Shown one piece after another: positions 21,512-31,110 of a DNA stretch of 64,000 bases; position 1 is the first letter of the stretch; every line of letters starts with the position of its first letter. The translations under genes were made by a program, and so were the position numbers. The notes beneath the pieces are model-generated. The model searched no databases and was not told the DNA's origin. It worked only from the letters and a program-made list of their open reading frames with translations. The stretch is taken from positions 248,001 to 312,000 of the IMG/VR virus record IMGVR_UViG_3300044796_000662; one strand, given 5' to 3'.

Positions 21512-23176
21512 TTACCAGCTCTTGTTGGAGCGGGTCTGCTTGAGGGACTTCTTGGACGACGCCTTGTCCTGTGACTTGGCGTCGCTCTTGCTCGTTTCGT
21601 GAGCGGGGACAGGTGCGGGAGGCGTAGGCGGTGCAGTGACACCGACCACGGCCGGAATGGCAGGCGAGGCCGTAACGCCCCCGAGGTCACCCGAGAAGGG
21701 TGAGCTGCCGCCAACCCATGCGGGGTTGCCCTGGAGGTTGATGCTGCTGTCAGCGATCCAGGTGACCGGCTGGACAGCCGGTGCCACCACCGCTCCCGTG
21801 AGGGAGGGCTGGACCACGGAGCCAGAGCCCGTGAAGGATGCCGAGGTCGTCGTCTGCGACGATGTGCTCGTCATGACGCCGAGTTCCTGGAGATCGTAGT
21901 CCGCGCCGGCCGAGTAGGACGCGACGCCGACGCCGCGGGTGACCCCGCGTTCGAAGCTCTTGAGGTAGCCATTGTTCTGCACGTAGAGCGACGCGCTGGC
22001 CATCTTGCCGCCGATGTTGGACGAAGCGGCTGCGAGCTTCTCACGTCCCCGGCGCTTGAAGTCGTTCGCCCGGTGCTCCATGACCGCCGCTGCGGCCGCG
22101 TAGTCGCCGCGCTTGGCCTGCGACTCGGCTTCGAGCTGCGAGCGTACGAGCTGCGCGAGACCCACGATGTCATCGAGGGTGGCGTCAAGCTTCTTGTCCT
22201 CGTCGCCCTCCTTGACGAACTGCACGCGGCCCTTGGACTCGACCGTGTGCGTCTCCTTCTTGCCCTGCGCGTCGAAGGTCTGGAAGGTTGCCTTGACGTC
22301 GAAGACGTTGACAGCGCGGGGACCGTGAGCCTTCTGCTTGGCCATCTTGACGGCGACCACAAGATGGCGCGTCTCCTCGGCGAGCAGGTCGGGCACGTTG
22401 ATGTAGACCTCACCCGTGTTCTCTTCGTCCACGTCCACGTCCGAGATGACCTTCTCGACGGAGTGACCGTTGAGCGGCTTCAACTCGATGCGGACGTCAG
22501 TCGCGTACGTCGAGATGAGCCCTCCCAGCTCGGTCCCGAACGCCTGGAGGGCCTTGTCCGGGTCCTCCACGTGTGCGTAGTTACCCTTGCCCTCCTTGGC
22601 GAATTCCGTCAGGAAGTCCGGCGAGAAGTCCGTGCCGCTGCCGTAGCCGAAGGCACTGGCAGTCACGTGCTCGGCGTTGGCCTTGAGCAGCTTGATGATC
22701 TCGGCGGGCTCCTTCGCGGGACCGACGTTCGCCTGACCGTCCGTGAACATGATCACGCGGTGGATGTAGCTGCCGTTGAGATCGAGGTTCTTGAGCAGGT
22801 CGATGCTCTTGAGCATCCCGCCCGAGAAGTTGGTCATCCCGCTCGTGGTGAGCCCCTGGACAGCCTTACGGAACTCGTCCTTGTGGCCTTCGAGGCGTTG
22901 AGGCGCCGCGACCACTCGAACCTGCGAGTCGAAGGTCACGACGCCGAAGACGTCGTCACCCTTCATGTGCTCGATCATCTTGAGCACGCTCTGCTTGGCG
23001 TACTCCAGCTTGGGGCCTGCCATCGACGAGCTGGTGTCGATGCACATGATGAGTGCGAGCTTGGGCCGGGTCTTCTCCGCGTTCACGGCGGGTGCGGTGA
23101 GCGTCAGAACGAGATGGGCGTCCGTCTCCTGATCGAAGCGGACCTTCTCTTGCGTGAGTCGAGTTACGAGCTTCAT
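21512..23176 (-). CDS. vWA (MIDAS) domain protein with low-complexity tail
   Basis: DTSSSM, GMTNF, FTDGQAN; start set at ATG 23176. Confidence 0.85.
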   Translation of the reverse strand: MKLVTRLTQEKVRFDQETDAHLVLTLTAPAVNAEKTRPKLALIMCIDTSSSMAGPKLEYAKQSVLKMIEHMKGDDVFGVVTFDSQVRVVAAPQRLEGHKDEFRKAVQGLTTSGMTNFSGGMLKSIDLLKNLDLNGSYIHRVIMFTDGQANVGPAKEPAEIIKLLKANAEHVTASAFGYGSGTDFSPDFLTEFAKEGKGNYAHVEDPDKALQAFGTELGGLISTYATDVRIELKPLNGHSVEKVISDVDVDEENTGEVYINVPDLLAEETRHLVVAVKMAKQKAHGPRAVNVFDVKATFQTFDAQGKKETHTVESKGRVQFVKEGDEDKKLDATLDDIVGLAQLVRSQLEAESQAKRGDYAAAAAVMEHRANDFKRRGREKLAAASSNIGGKMASASLYVQNNGYLKSFERGVTRGVGVASYSAGADYDLQELGVMTSTSSQTTTSASFTGSGSVVQPSLTGAVVAPAVQPVTWIADSSINLQGNPAWVGGSSPFSGDLGGVTASPAIPAVVGVTAPPTPPAPVPAHETSKSDAKSQDKASSKKSLKQTRSNKSW

Positions 23177-23403
23177 TGGTTGTCTCCGTACACGGTTTCG
23201 GTTCGGTCTCGCCGGATGCGGAGCTGGACGTGCTCCCAAATCACGACTGCCTTAGCGATCGTCCTCAGCTTCCCCAAACCCTTGCGGGCGCGGTCGGCTG
23301 TACAGAGACCGTCCCGGCGTGCCGGGCAAGTCCAAACCCTTTTGGGCGCGACTCGATCTCTTCGCACTTCTTACACCATTGGGCCCTTGTGCGCAAGAGC
23401 CAG

Positions 23404-23491
23404 CGGAAGGAGGAGGTCTCGAACCCCTGGCAGCTTACGCCGCCCGCGCTGCTTTCCAAGCAGGCCCCGCATCCCAGCGGGTTCACCTTCC
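23404..23491 (-). tRNA. tRNA-Ser(GGA)
   Basis: Loop TTGGAAA, long variable arm. Confidence 0.85.
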
Positions 23492-23497
23492 AATGAG

Positions 23498-23573
23498 TCG
23501 GGGTGACTGGATTCGAACCAGCGACCTCTCGTCCCCCAGACGAGCGCTCTTGACCAGGCTGAGCTACACCCCG
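23498..23573 (-). tRNA. tRNA-Pro(GGG)
   Basis: Canonical cloverleaf, loop CTGGGGG. Confidence 0.93.
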
Positions 23574-23598
23574 ATTGGCCCCCGTGAGGGGGCGCGTA

Positions 23599-23967
23599 TT
23601 ACTTGAGTTCGACCGTCGCGCCGAGCTTGACGAGCGTGTCTCGCAGCGCCTCGGCTTCCGCCTTGGGCAGCGATTCCTTCAGCGTCTTGGGCGCCTGCTC
23701 GCTCAAGTCCTTGGCCTCCTTGAGACCAAGACCCGTGACCTCTCGGATGGCCTTGATGACGCCGATCTTGTTCGAACCCGAGTGGACGAGGATGACGGAG
23801 AACTCCGTCTGCTCCACGGTATCCGGCTTCGTGTCAGGGACGGGCTTGACCGTCACTGCCTGAGGGACCGCCTGGACGTTCCACTTGACTTCGAGTTCCT
23901 TCGTGAGCTTGACCAGCTCGGGAGCCGTGAGGTTGCCGAGCGCCGTGACAATCTGTTCCGAGTTCAT
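23599..23967 (-). CDS. rplL: Ribosomal protein bL12 (L7/L12)
   Basis: [38 protein letters not shown]. Confidence 0.93.
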   Translation of the reverse strand: MNSEQIVTALGNLTAPELVKLTKELEVKWNVQAVPQAVTVKPVPDTKPDTVEQTEFSVILVHSGSNKIGVIKAIREVTGLGLKEAKDLSEQAPKTLKESLPKAEAEALRDTLVKLGATVELK

Positions 23968-24054
23968 TTGGGCCTCCTTGAGGCTCTGTTCTGTGTCGTC
24001 GATCGGTGACATCCCCGTATGTCGTCGAGCGACGACATACGGGGATCACTGGGA

Positions 24055-24609
24055 CTAGCCGACTGCCGCGATGAACGTAGCAGCTTCGAGGTACGGCAGC
24101 ATCTTCGGGTGGGCCTTGTGGCCCATCGTGAAGATGGGAGCCGTCATCGGAAGTGTCTTCGGCTTGAAGGGCTTGCGCAGGAGCTTCATGCCTGCCTGCT
24201 CCGGCGTGCGACGGTCCTTGCGGCTGTTGCACGGGTAGCAAGAAGTCACGATGTTGTCCCACTCCGTCTTCCCTCCCTGAATGCGCGGGACCACATGGTC
24301 GTAGTTCAGCGCCTTCATGTCCAACTGACGGCCGCAATACTGGCAGCGGAACCCGTCGCGAGTGAACACGTTGATGCGCGAGAACTTGACGCCCTGCTTG
24401 TGCCGGCTGACCGCCCTCTTCAGACGCACGACGCACGGGAGTGCGATCGTGATCTTCGGGTTGGTCTCCGACCCCGCGGAGGAGATCGTCTCATCGTACT
24501 CTTCGAGGACATCGATCTTGCCCTGGAAGTAGTCGAGCACGGCGTCCTGCCACGGCACAAACCTGTGCGGTGACATCCACGGCGTGAGCACGAGAGTGGA
24601 GTGAGACAT
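24055..24609 (-). CDS. HNH endonuclease (McrA-like)
   Basis: RINVFTRDGFRCQYCG, DHVVPR, WDNIVTSCYPCN. Confidence 0.9.
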   Translation of the reverse strand: MSHSTLVLTPWMSPHRFVPWQDAVLDYFQGKIDVLEEYDETISSAGSETNPKITIALPCVVRLKRAVSRHKQGVKFSRINVFTRDGFRCQYCGRQLDMKALNYDHVVPRIQGGKTEWDNIVTSCYPCNSRKDRRTPEQAGMKLLRKPFKPKTLPMTAPIFTMGHKAHPKMLPYLEAATFIAAVG

Positions 24610-24616
24610 GACGCAC

Positions 24617-24649
24617 CTACCTTTTTCGCCTTCGTCTGAGCCTTTTCAT
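24617..24649 (-). CDS. Leader peptide MKRLRRRRKR
   Basis: SD AGGGAG 5 nt upstream; ATG AAA AGG CTC AGA CGA AGG CGA AAA AGG TAG. Confidence 0.6.
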   Translation of the reverse strand: MKRLRRRRKR

Positions 24650-24703
24650 TGGAACTCCCTTACTGGGGTTGGGCCTTAGCGGACCATTCCGCCAAGTCCC
24701 AGG

Positions 24704-24791
24704 TGCTCACGGAGGGATTCGAACCCCCACGTCCCTTGCGGAACGGCCGGGTTTGAGCCGGCTGCGTCTACCTACTTCCAGCCACGTGAGC
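24704..24791 (-). tRNA. tRNA-Leu(CAA)
   Basis: Loop CTCAAAC, long variable arm. Confidence 0.9.
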
Positions 24792-24907
24792 ATGTGTGTG
24801 CGAGAAAAAAGAACAGGGCGGGTACGTTGCCGTATCCGCCCTGCACAGGGGTGACCGGATGCCCGGCCGCCCTCCACCACTTCATCGGGCGCAAGGCCCG
24901 CGAAGAC

Positions 24908-25492
24908 CTACCGCGACTTGACGTGCCGAACACGGGGGATGGTGTCCAGCGTCGCGAGCACCGCCTCGTTGGCGGCACGAACCTCAGGCTTGAGGCTCTG
25001 GGAGACCTTGAGGTAGTGCGGGTGGCGCAGCCACTCGCCGTACGACAGGTTGCTCCGAACCTTGTTGTCCTTCTTGCAGCTCGACAAGAGGTTCTCCTCG
25101 ATGTTCGGGCCGCCGTCCTCGTGCACGACGAGATGGTCCACTGTCAGAGGCACGTCGTTCCTTCCGCAGTAGCGGCAGGCGTACCCGTCGCGCCGGAAGA
25201 CGTTCCACTGGATCGTGGGGTCGATGTTCCTGGCGCTCTTGCGGAAGATGGCCTTGGCCAGCTCTCCGTTCGAGGACTTCGTCAGGATCTCGGTCTCCAC
25301 GATGTCTGTCTGGCGCAGGAAGACCTTCCAGTCATCGAGCCCCATCTCCAGGAACGTGAGAGGGAGAGCCGCCGCCTTGTGGTCTTCCGGGAAGAGGGTC
25401 ACATAGGCGCGCTCCGAGTTCGCGTACACGGCACCGACCATCTGGATCGAGTTGCCGACCTCGTACAGGTTGATGTCCTTGAGCGTTGCCAT
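24908..25492 (-). CDS. HNH endonuclease-like protein
   Basis: VFRRDGYACRYCG, TVDH, ENLLSSC; the ORF extension through tmRNA is not accepted. Confidence 0.8.
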   Translation of the reverse strand: MATLKDINLYEVGNSIQMVGAVYANSERAYVTLFPEDHKAAALPLTFLEMGLDDWKVFLRQTDIVETEILTKSSNGELAKAIFRKSARNIDPTIQWNVFRRDGYACRYCGRNDVPLTVDHLVVHEDGGPNIEENLLSSCKKDNKVRSNLSYGEWLRHPHYLKVSQSLKPEVRAANEAVLATLDTIPRVRHVKSR

Positions 25493-25515
25493 GTTCATCC
25501 TCATCTGGGTTGTAG

Positions 25516-25899
25516 TGGAGCTGGGCGGAATCGAACCGCCGTCTCCAAGAACGTCCTGACCGTCGTTTACGATGCGTAGCCTGATCCTCAGGCGGGATCC
25601 CCTCTGAACCTCGGGGCGGGTTTGCAAGCCATCGCTCTTGCGAGCTGGGAGACGTGCGGCCCTAGACCCTCAGAATGCTCGCTCCCTCATTGGGTCAAAG
25701 GCGGGGAGCCCAGCCTCAAGGGGTTGACGATTCTAGTGATCAGGTTGAGGCGCCCTGATCGAATCGGCTCAGGCCGCGCGGGCCTGGGCGACGCCGTTGT
25801 CGTTGGCAGGTATTTCGCCTCGATTTATTTGAGCGGGTCGAGGAGCCCGCTTACACGTAGACGATCGTTCGGTTCCCGGATCGAAACCAGGGCAGCCCC
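25516..25899 (-). ncRNA. ssrA: tmRNA, tag (A)ANDNGVAQARAA at 25769-25807
   Basis: 5' GGGGCTG / 3' CAGCTCCA acceptor with G3.U70, T arm, internal ANDN...AA* tag. Confidence 0.95.
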
Positions 25900-25937
25900 T
25901 TTCAAAGAGTCCCTTACACCAAGCACAAAGAGAAGTT

Positions 25938-26747
25938 TCAGAGGATGTGTGAGATGCGGGCGAGCGCCTTCACGATCAGCTCCGCCGACTGCTTCAGGAA
26001 CGTGTAGTCGAGCGTCGCAGGGGTGTCGGTGGGCTTGTGGTAGTGTGGGTTGCGCAGGAACGCGGTGTCCGTTGCAAGCAGCGCCTTCCAGCCGGCGTCC
26101 CAGAAGGACCCATGGTCGCTCAGACGCGAGAGCATGGCCGCCTCGGTTCCGCTGGGAACCGTCACGGTCTCGTAAGGGAGCGGCGAGTCGATGCCCTCGA
26201 ACAGCTTCAGGAGCGAGGCACTCTTCGGATTCGACACGAGCGCGAGGAAGTCACCCTCCTTGCGCTGGATGCTGACGCCCTCCACATAGGTCTGCCCCTC
26301 GCTCTTGTAGCCGAGCATCTCCAGGGAGATCATGCCGAGGACGTCGTAGCCCTCCTTGCGCAGCCACTTGCAGTGGTGCCCGCTGCCGATGAGGCCGTCC
26401 TCCTCACGGTCGAAGGCGACGAACTGGATGCGGTGCGAGTCCGGCATGTGGAACCGATACTCGCGGGCAACCTCCAAGAGGGCCGCCACCCCGCTCGCGT
26501 TGTCGTCAGCGCCGGGAGACCCCGGAACGCTGTCGAAGTGCGCCCCGACGACGAAGGTTGGCACCTTCGACTTCTCGGCCACGATGTTCACCGAGCCGTC
26601 TTCGAAGACGTGCTTGACGCACCACAGCCCCATGTCGTTGAAGGCGTCTTCGATGTACTCGACCGCCCGCGCGTGCTCGGGTGTGCCAGGCACGCGCGGG
26701 GTGCCCGCTAGGGCTTCGACATGTTGGCGCAGGCGTGACTCGTCCAT
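25938..26747 (-). CDS. M28 family peptidase
   Basis: GAHFDS, GADDNASG, EEDGLIGS, SDH, YH. Confidence 0.9.
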   Translation of the reverse strand: MDESRLRQHVEALAGTPRVPGTPEHARAVEYIEDAFNDMGLWCVKHVFEDGSVNIVAEKSKVPTFVVGAHFDSVPGSPGADDNASGVAALLEVAREYRFHMPDSHRIQFVAFDREEDGLIGSGHHCKWLRKEGYDVLGMISLEMLGYKSEGQTYVEGVSIQRKEGDFLALVSNPKSASLLKLFEGIDSPLPYETVTVPSGTEAAMLSRLSDHGSFWDAGWKALLATDTAFLRNPHYHKPTDTPATLDYTFLKQSAELIVKALARISHIL

Positions 26748-26769
26748 GGGGTCACTCTACACCGGGTAG

Positions 26770-26855
<86 letters not shown>

Positions 26856-26859
26856 AAAA

Positions 26860-27065
26860 GAACGAGAGAAACAGGAGCGAGAAGGGCATATACGGACCGA
26901 AAACGGGAAAGTGGCTAACCCCTGGGTCTGGACGGTGCCGTACGGGGTATCAGAGTCGCCGAAGGGGCGTTCCCGGTCATGTGTATGAGCGTTCCAACCT
27001 ATCTCTAGGTCAACTGATAGCGCTCTCTCGTTCAACGGTGACCCGGTTTCGAACCAGGTCACCGC
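26860..27065 (-). ncRNA. Unidentified structured RNA downstream of coiled-coil gene
   Basis: 10-bp closing stem GAACGAGAGA/TCTCTCGTTC (27024-27033 with 26860-26869), preceded by a 14-bp hairpin. Confidence 0.5.
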
Positions 27066-27074
27066 TCGGCCCGG

Positions 27075-27590
27075 CTACTCGAAGAGCGCCGAGTCCAAGT
27101 CTTCGATCTCGACCTCGCGTGCGTTGCCCAGGGCGATAGCCGCCCTGAAGGCCCCTGCGCGCTTGGCCGAATGGGAGGCAAGCTTGGCCGCCTCGTTCAG
27201 CGTGATCGTCGCCACGGCGCGGACCTGGTTCGGGTCACGCACGTCGTCGTTGTTGTAGCCGTAGCGCTCCTGGTTCGGAGCCGCTGCCGACCGCCACATC
27301 TTCTCGGCCCGAGCATCCGCGCCGATGCGCTTGATAGCCTCGGCCAGAGTCATCTTCTCACCGTGCACCTCGACCTGGACGGCCAGGTTGTAGCGCATCT
27401 GCGCCGTCTGGAGCTTGGCGACGGCCTTCTCCGCCGTGAGGAACTGCTGGACGACCTCTTGCGGCTTGTCCTTCTTGTCCTCCGGGAACGTCTTGAGGGT
27501 CCCGTTGAAGGCACGGGCAGCGGTGTCCCGGCGAAGCTCGTGCTGCTTGATGGCCTCGCGGAGGCCGTACCCTGTGGTCTTCATCTTCAT
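27075..27590 (-). CDS. Uncharacterised coiled-coil protein
   Basis: All-helical; YNLAVQVEVHGEKMTLAEAI segment. Confidence 0.75.
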   Translation of the reverse strand: MKMKTTGYGLREAIKQHELRRDTAARAFNGTLKTFPEDKKDKPQEVVQQFLTAEKAVAKLQTAQMRYNLAVQVEVHGEKMTLAEAIKRIGADARAEKMWRSAAAPNQERYGYNNDDVRDPNQVRAVATITLNEAAKLASHSAKRAGAFRAAIALGNAREVEIEDLDSALFE

Positions 27591-27695
27591 CTCTCCGTGT
27601 GTATGCCTGTACACCGCTCGCGCGGGCCAAGGTCCCTTAAAAGCGAAGGGCCTCGTCGCCGAGGCCCTCCACCACCAAAAACTCCTCCTTCAGGG

Positions 27696-27926
27696 TCAGG
27701 ATGCCTTGAGGTGCACTTCGCTCTCCATTGGAGGCGGCGGTTGGGGTTCACCCGCGTACCGCGTCCGCCAATCCGGACCGTGCATCATCTCCATCATCTC
27801 GTCTTCCAGAACCCGATCCTTCTCTCTCTTCTCCGCCGTGATCTTGTCGCGTCGGATTTCGGCCATCGTCTTGATGCGCTCTTCCATTGCCTCTGCGAGC
27901 GTCTTCTTGGGCTTCGCTTGCTTCAT
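27696..27926 (-). CDS. Hypothetical protein
   Basis: Charged helical ORF. Confidence 0.5.
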   Translation of the reverse strand: MKQAKPKKTLAEAMEERIKTMAEIRRDKITAEKREKDRVLEDEMMEMMHGPDWRTRYAGEPQPPPPMESEVHLKAS

Positions 27927-28033
27927 GGGCTCTCGGTCCTGTGGTTGCTTTGAGGATCGCTGAAACCGTGGCATCCACACCTCCCTGAGGGTTCCGCCTA
28001 AGCGATCCGATAAAAGGACCGTGAGGGCACTGC

Positions 28034-28381
28034 TCAGGCGAAAGCGTGTGCCAGTGGCGCACCCCCAACAACGTGCATGTGCAGATGTTGGACCGTCTGT
28101 TTCGCATCGGAGCCCGTGTTGAACACGACACGGTAGCCGGTCTTGTCCAACCCGTGCGATGTCACGAACATGTGCGCGAGCTGGAAGAGCATCGGCAAGG
28201 TGTTGTCATCCCGGGCACCCGTCCCCAACTCCGTGAGACTGGCAACGTGCTTGCGAGGAATGACGAGAGCGTGCACGGGGGCGGCGAGTTCGATCGGCTT
28301 GATGATGACCCCGCCGTAGCCCTGGAGAAGGAACGTGGCCGGCGCGTCACCCGCGATGATCTTGCAGAAGATGCAGTCCAT
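28034..28381 (-). CDS. HIT family hydrolase
   Basis: DCIFCKI, HALVIPRKH, QTVQHLHMH. Confidence 0.92.
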   Translation of the reverse strand: MDCIFCKIIAGDAPATFLLQGYGGVIIKPIELAAPVHALVIPRKHVASLTELGTGARDDNTLPMLFQLAHMFVTSHGLDKTGYRVVFNTGSDAKQTVQHLHMHVVGGAPLAHAFA

Positions 28382-28421
28382 GCTGGCACCTACACCGCCA
28401 CGATCTCGTAGCCTTTCACAC

Positions 28422-28506
28422 TGGTAGGCCGCTGAGGAGTCGAACCCCTGAGGAACACCCGCTCATAAGACGAGCGCCAGCGACCGGCTGGCTTATCCAA
28501 CGGCCC
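28422..28506 (-). tRNA. Atypical tRNA-Ile(TAT)
   Basis: Loop CTTATGA, encoded CCA, extra bases before the D arm. Confidence 0.65.
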
Positions 28507-28536
28507 GAAGGATGCTCTTGTACGACCGTATCGGGC

Positions 28537-29187
28537 ATGAGCTACGTCTACGATCGTCGCACCATGTCGGCCGAGCAGACCCCGACGATGGACTTTAGCC
28601 AGGTGACGCGCTTCTTCGGGAAGAACAAGAAGGCGTACGCGAAGTTCCTGTCCGACAAGTCGGGCTTCGAGTTCGAGGCGTCCGACCACATCGGCCGGTC
28701 CTTCAGCGGCGTCGAGTACCGCTTCTGGCAGAAGACCAACGGCGACGTGCAGCCAGCCTCGCGCGTGGTCATCGAGCTGTCCATCCAACCCTCTCGCGAA
28801 GAAGGTAAGGCGGACATCCGAGCCGGCGCGACCCGCAACAATCGGTCCCTCGCCTGGAACTATATGGCGTCTGTTCCGATTGACACCATCAAGCGTCCGC
28901 ACGAGATCTTCAACGACAAGTTCTTTGGCGACCTCGTGCCCAGCATGCGTGGGTCCTACGACCGCGAGCTGGGAGAGGTCCAGAAGGCCATGGTGGAGAT
29001 CATGGCCACGCACAGGGAACTCGACCCCATGCTCATCGAGGTCGAGAAGCTCGTGAAGGCCGATCCCGTCCGGAACTACGAGGCCATCGAAAAGGCCGCG
29101 CGAGAAGCGTCCTACAAGGCCGACAGCGTGGGCCGCTCTCTCAAGAGCCTCACCGACGCCATCGAAACGGTCGTCAACAAGAAGTAA
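28537..29187 (+). CDS. Hypothetical protein with N-terminal YDRR tag
   Basis: MSYVYDRRTMSA... Confidence 0.75.
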   Translation: MSYVYDRRTMSAEQTPTMDFSQVTRFFGKNKKAYAKFLSDKSGFEFEASDHIGRSFSGVEYRFWQKTNGDVQPASRVVIELSIQPSREEGKADIRAGATRNNRSLAWNYMASVPIDTIKRPHEIFNDKFFGDLVPSMRGSYDRELGEVQKAMVEIMATHRELDPMLIEVEKLVKADPVRNYEAIEKAAREASYKADSVGRSLKSLTDAIETVVNKK

Positions 29188-29190
29188 CGG

Positions 29191-29264
29191 TGCTCACGGA
29201 GGGATTCGAACCCTCACTGCTCCGTTTCTAAAACGGATGACTCCTGCCGTTGGTCTACGTGAGC
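29191..29264 (-). tRNA. tRNA-Leu(TAG), short variable loop
   Basis: Loop TTTAGAA. Confidence 0.85.
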
Positions 29265-29265
29265 G

Positions 29266-29337
29266 TGGTACGGGAGGAGGGAGTCGAACCCACTCATCCG
29301 GCTTGTAGGGCCAGTGCCTCGCCTTGAGGTCCCCCGC
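29266..29337 (-). tRNA. Atypical tRNA-Val(TAC)
   Basis: Loop CCTACAA (C33), short connector, CCA. Confidence 0.65.
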
Positions 29338-29351
29338 GCATGAAGTGAAGT

Positions 29352-29425
29352 TGGCTGGGGAGGAAGGAATCGAACCCTCATAGGCAGAGCCAGAATCTGC
29401 TGTCCTACCGTTGGACGACTCCCCA
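29352..29425 (-). tRNA. tRNA-Gln(CTG)
   Basis: Canonical, loop TTCTGGC. Confidence 0.9.
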
Positions 29426-29442
29426 GTGACGTAAGCGTAAGC

Positions 29443-30072
29443 TCAGCGAAAGAACTTGGTCGGAGCAGGGCGGTCATGTTCTTCGACCTGCCCGAGAGGC
29501 TCGTTCCACATCTGCGTGCCCTTCACAAGGTAACAGTTGCCGTGATCCCTGGCCACTTGCTCGGCCTTCGACTTGGACGAGAAGACTTCAACGTCCGCCG
29601 CGTACCCGTGGTCCACGCCCAGGGTGACGACAGACCAGGCTTCACTCGACTCTTCCCCCGAGTCCTTGAGCTGGCGCTTGAGATCCGCCAAGACAGCATC
29701 CGCAGCGTCGAGCATCGCGCCAGGCATCTTGTCGAGCGGGAGCTTCTCGTGGTCCTTGACCGGCCAGACCAGGTTAGAAGTGCCGACCGACCCCGACTCC
29801 TTGTACAGGTCCCAGTAGAACTTGATCCCAGGGTGGTACGCGGGGTTGATCTTGTCGTGAACGAACCGGAGAAAGAAGGTGGTGTGGATACCCCGGTGAT
29901 CCTCGTCGATCGACTCTTGAGGGTTGTATTTGACGACCGAACCGAAGCCCATGGCCCGGACTCCGTCACCTACCCGCTTGATAGCCTTGATGATGGAGGT
30001 GCGAAACTCCTCGATCAAGGCATCGTTCTTGGCCTGCAAAAACCGATGTGCGACCCGCTCCGCCAAGCTCAT
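29443..30072 (-). CDS. Hypothetical protein with N-terminal RVAxRF tag
   Basis: MSLAERVAHRFLQA... Confidence 0.75.
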   Translation of the reverse strand: MSLAERVAHRFLQAKNDALIEEFRTSIIKAIKRVGDGVRAMGFGSVVKYNPQESIDEDHRGIHTTFFLRFVHDKINPAYHPGIKFYWDLYKESGSVGTSNLVWPVKDHEKLPLDKMPGAMLDAADAVLADLKRQLKDSGEESSEAWSVVTLGVDHGYAADVEVFSSKSKAEQVARDHGNCYLVKGTQMWNEPLGQVEEHDRPAPTKFFR

Positions 30073-30100
30073 GGCGTTGCAGAACTACAAGTAGATCCGG

Positions 30101-30169
30101 TCGCGGCGAAGGGACTCGAACCCTAGCGCAAGGGCGTATGAAACCCCGCTCCCACCATGGGACACCGCG
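30101..30169 (-). tRNA. Atypical tRNA(CAT) Met/Ile2, minimal D arm
   Basis: Loop TTCATAC. Confidence 0.6.
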
Positions 30170-30175
30170 AGATAG

Positions 30176-30670
30176 TCAGCGCGGGGGAGGCCGAAACGTC
30201 CCGAGGACGCGGTCCCACCCGAACCAGTAAATGCCGAGATTCCGGCGCATGTTGATGTGGTGATAGAAGTGAAGCGCGATGAGCGAACAGAACCAGCGGG
30301 ACTTCAAGAGCCGAGTCGTCCGCAAGTGCATCAACGTGTGAAGCCAGTCGTGCGCCACGCCGAGCACAAGGGCCTCAAAGCAGGCCCAGAGAAGCAAGGG
30401 CACCGAGATGCCCAGGACGTGGAGCACGCCAACGAAGCCTACGAAGGCAAGCACTATGGCCGGCGTGAAGAAGAGCAGCCCGTTGTCCGTGCCCGGTGAT
30501 CGATACCTGTCCGAGACCAGGTCGGACGGCGGGTACTGCTTCAAGTGGTGGTTCATGTGGGCGATGTGGATGAACCCACTCCACCGTTGGTGAAGGGTCC
30601 AGTGCACCACCCATCCGGCGAACGTTCCGTACAGAAACGTCGCGATGGTCACGAGAACGAAGGCGACCAT
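30176..30670 (-). CDS. Fatty acid hydroxylase/sterol desaturase family membrane protein
   Basis: HWTLH, HMNHH, HDWLH, HFYHH His boxes. Confidence 0.8.
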   Translation of the reverse strand: MVAFVLVTIATFLYGTFAGWVVHWTLHQRWSGFIHIAHMNHHLKQYPPSDLVSDRYRSPGTDNGLLFFTPAIVLAFVGFVGVLHVLGISVPLLLWACFEALVLGVAHDWLHTLMHLRTTRLLKSRWFCSLIALHFYHHINMRRNLGIYWFGWDRVLGTFRPPPR

Positions 30671-30750
30671 ACCAAGACCCGTCCAGAAGTAGATTCTGGG
30701 GGTCTCAGGGCACCGAACTAGAAAGGCCAGCTCGACGCCGGCCCTTCACT

Positions 30751-30827
30751 TGGTAACGGAGGCAGGATTTGAACCTGCGGCCTTCAGGTTATGAGCCTGA
30801 CGAGCTACCAGACTGCTCTACTCCGCG
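30751..30827 (-). tRNA. Initiator tRNA-fMet(CAT)
   Basis: CGCGGAG 5' end with 1:72 mismatch, loop CTCATAA, CCA. Confidence 0.92.
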
Positions 30828-30872
30828 ACCCCTCTTATGACCCGATTCGGCGAAGTCGTCAAGGAAAAGTAG

Positions 30873-30943
30873 TACCCCTGTCCGGAGTCGAACCGGACCA
30901 AGCGGCTTCGAAGGCCGCAGCGTGAATCCATCACGTCAGGGGC
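30873..30943 (-). tRNA. tRNA-Arg(TCG)
   Basis: Loop CTTCGAA. Confidence 0.8.
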
Positions 30944-31004
30944 GAGCGCGGCGTTCAGGCACGGTCGCCGCAACCGTTCCAACCTCGGGCGTCCCCGAGT
31001 GACC

Positions 31005-31079
31005 TGGTCCCCCTGCCGTGAGTCGAACACGGTGCAATCAGGTTCGCAACCTGAAGCCTGGATCCGCCAGGACAGGGGG
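31005..31079 (-). tRNA. tRNA-Arg(GCG)
   Basis: Loop TTGCGAA, CCA. Confidence 0.8.
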
Positions 31080-31110
31080 AGGCGGCCCCAAGATGGGGCC
31101 TGTGTACGTC

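Noticed and set aside
29266-29337. Possible amber suppressor or alternative genetic code (CTA within this loop; TTA within the loop of RNA F)
   Set aside because: The centred anticodon is TAC; TAG, TGA and TAA all end genes normally in this window.
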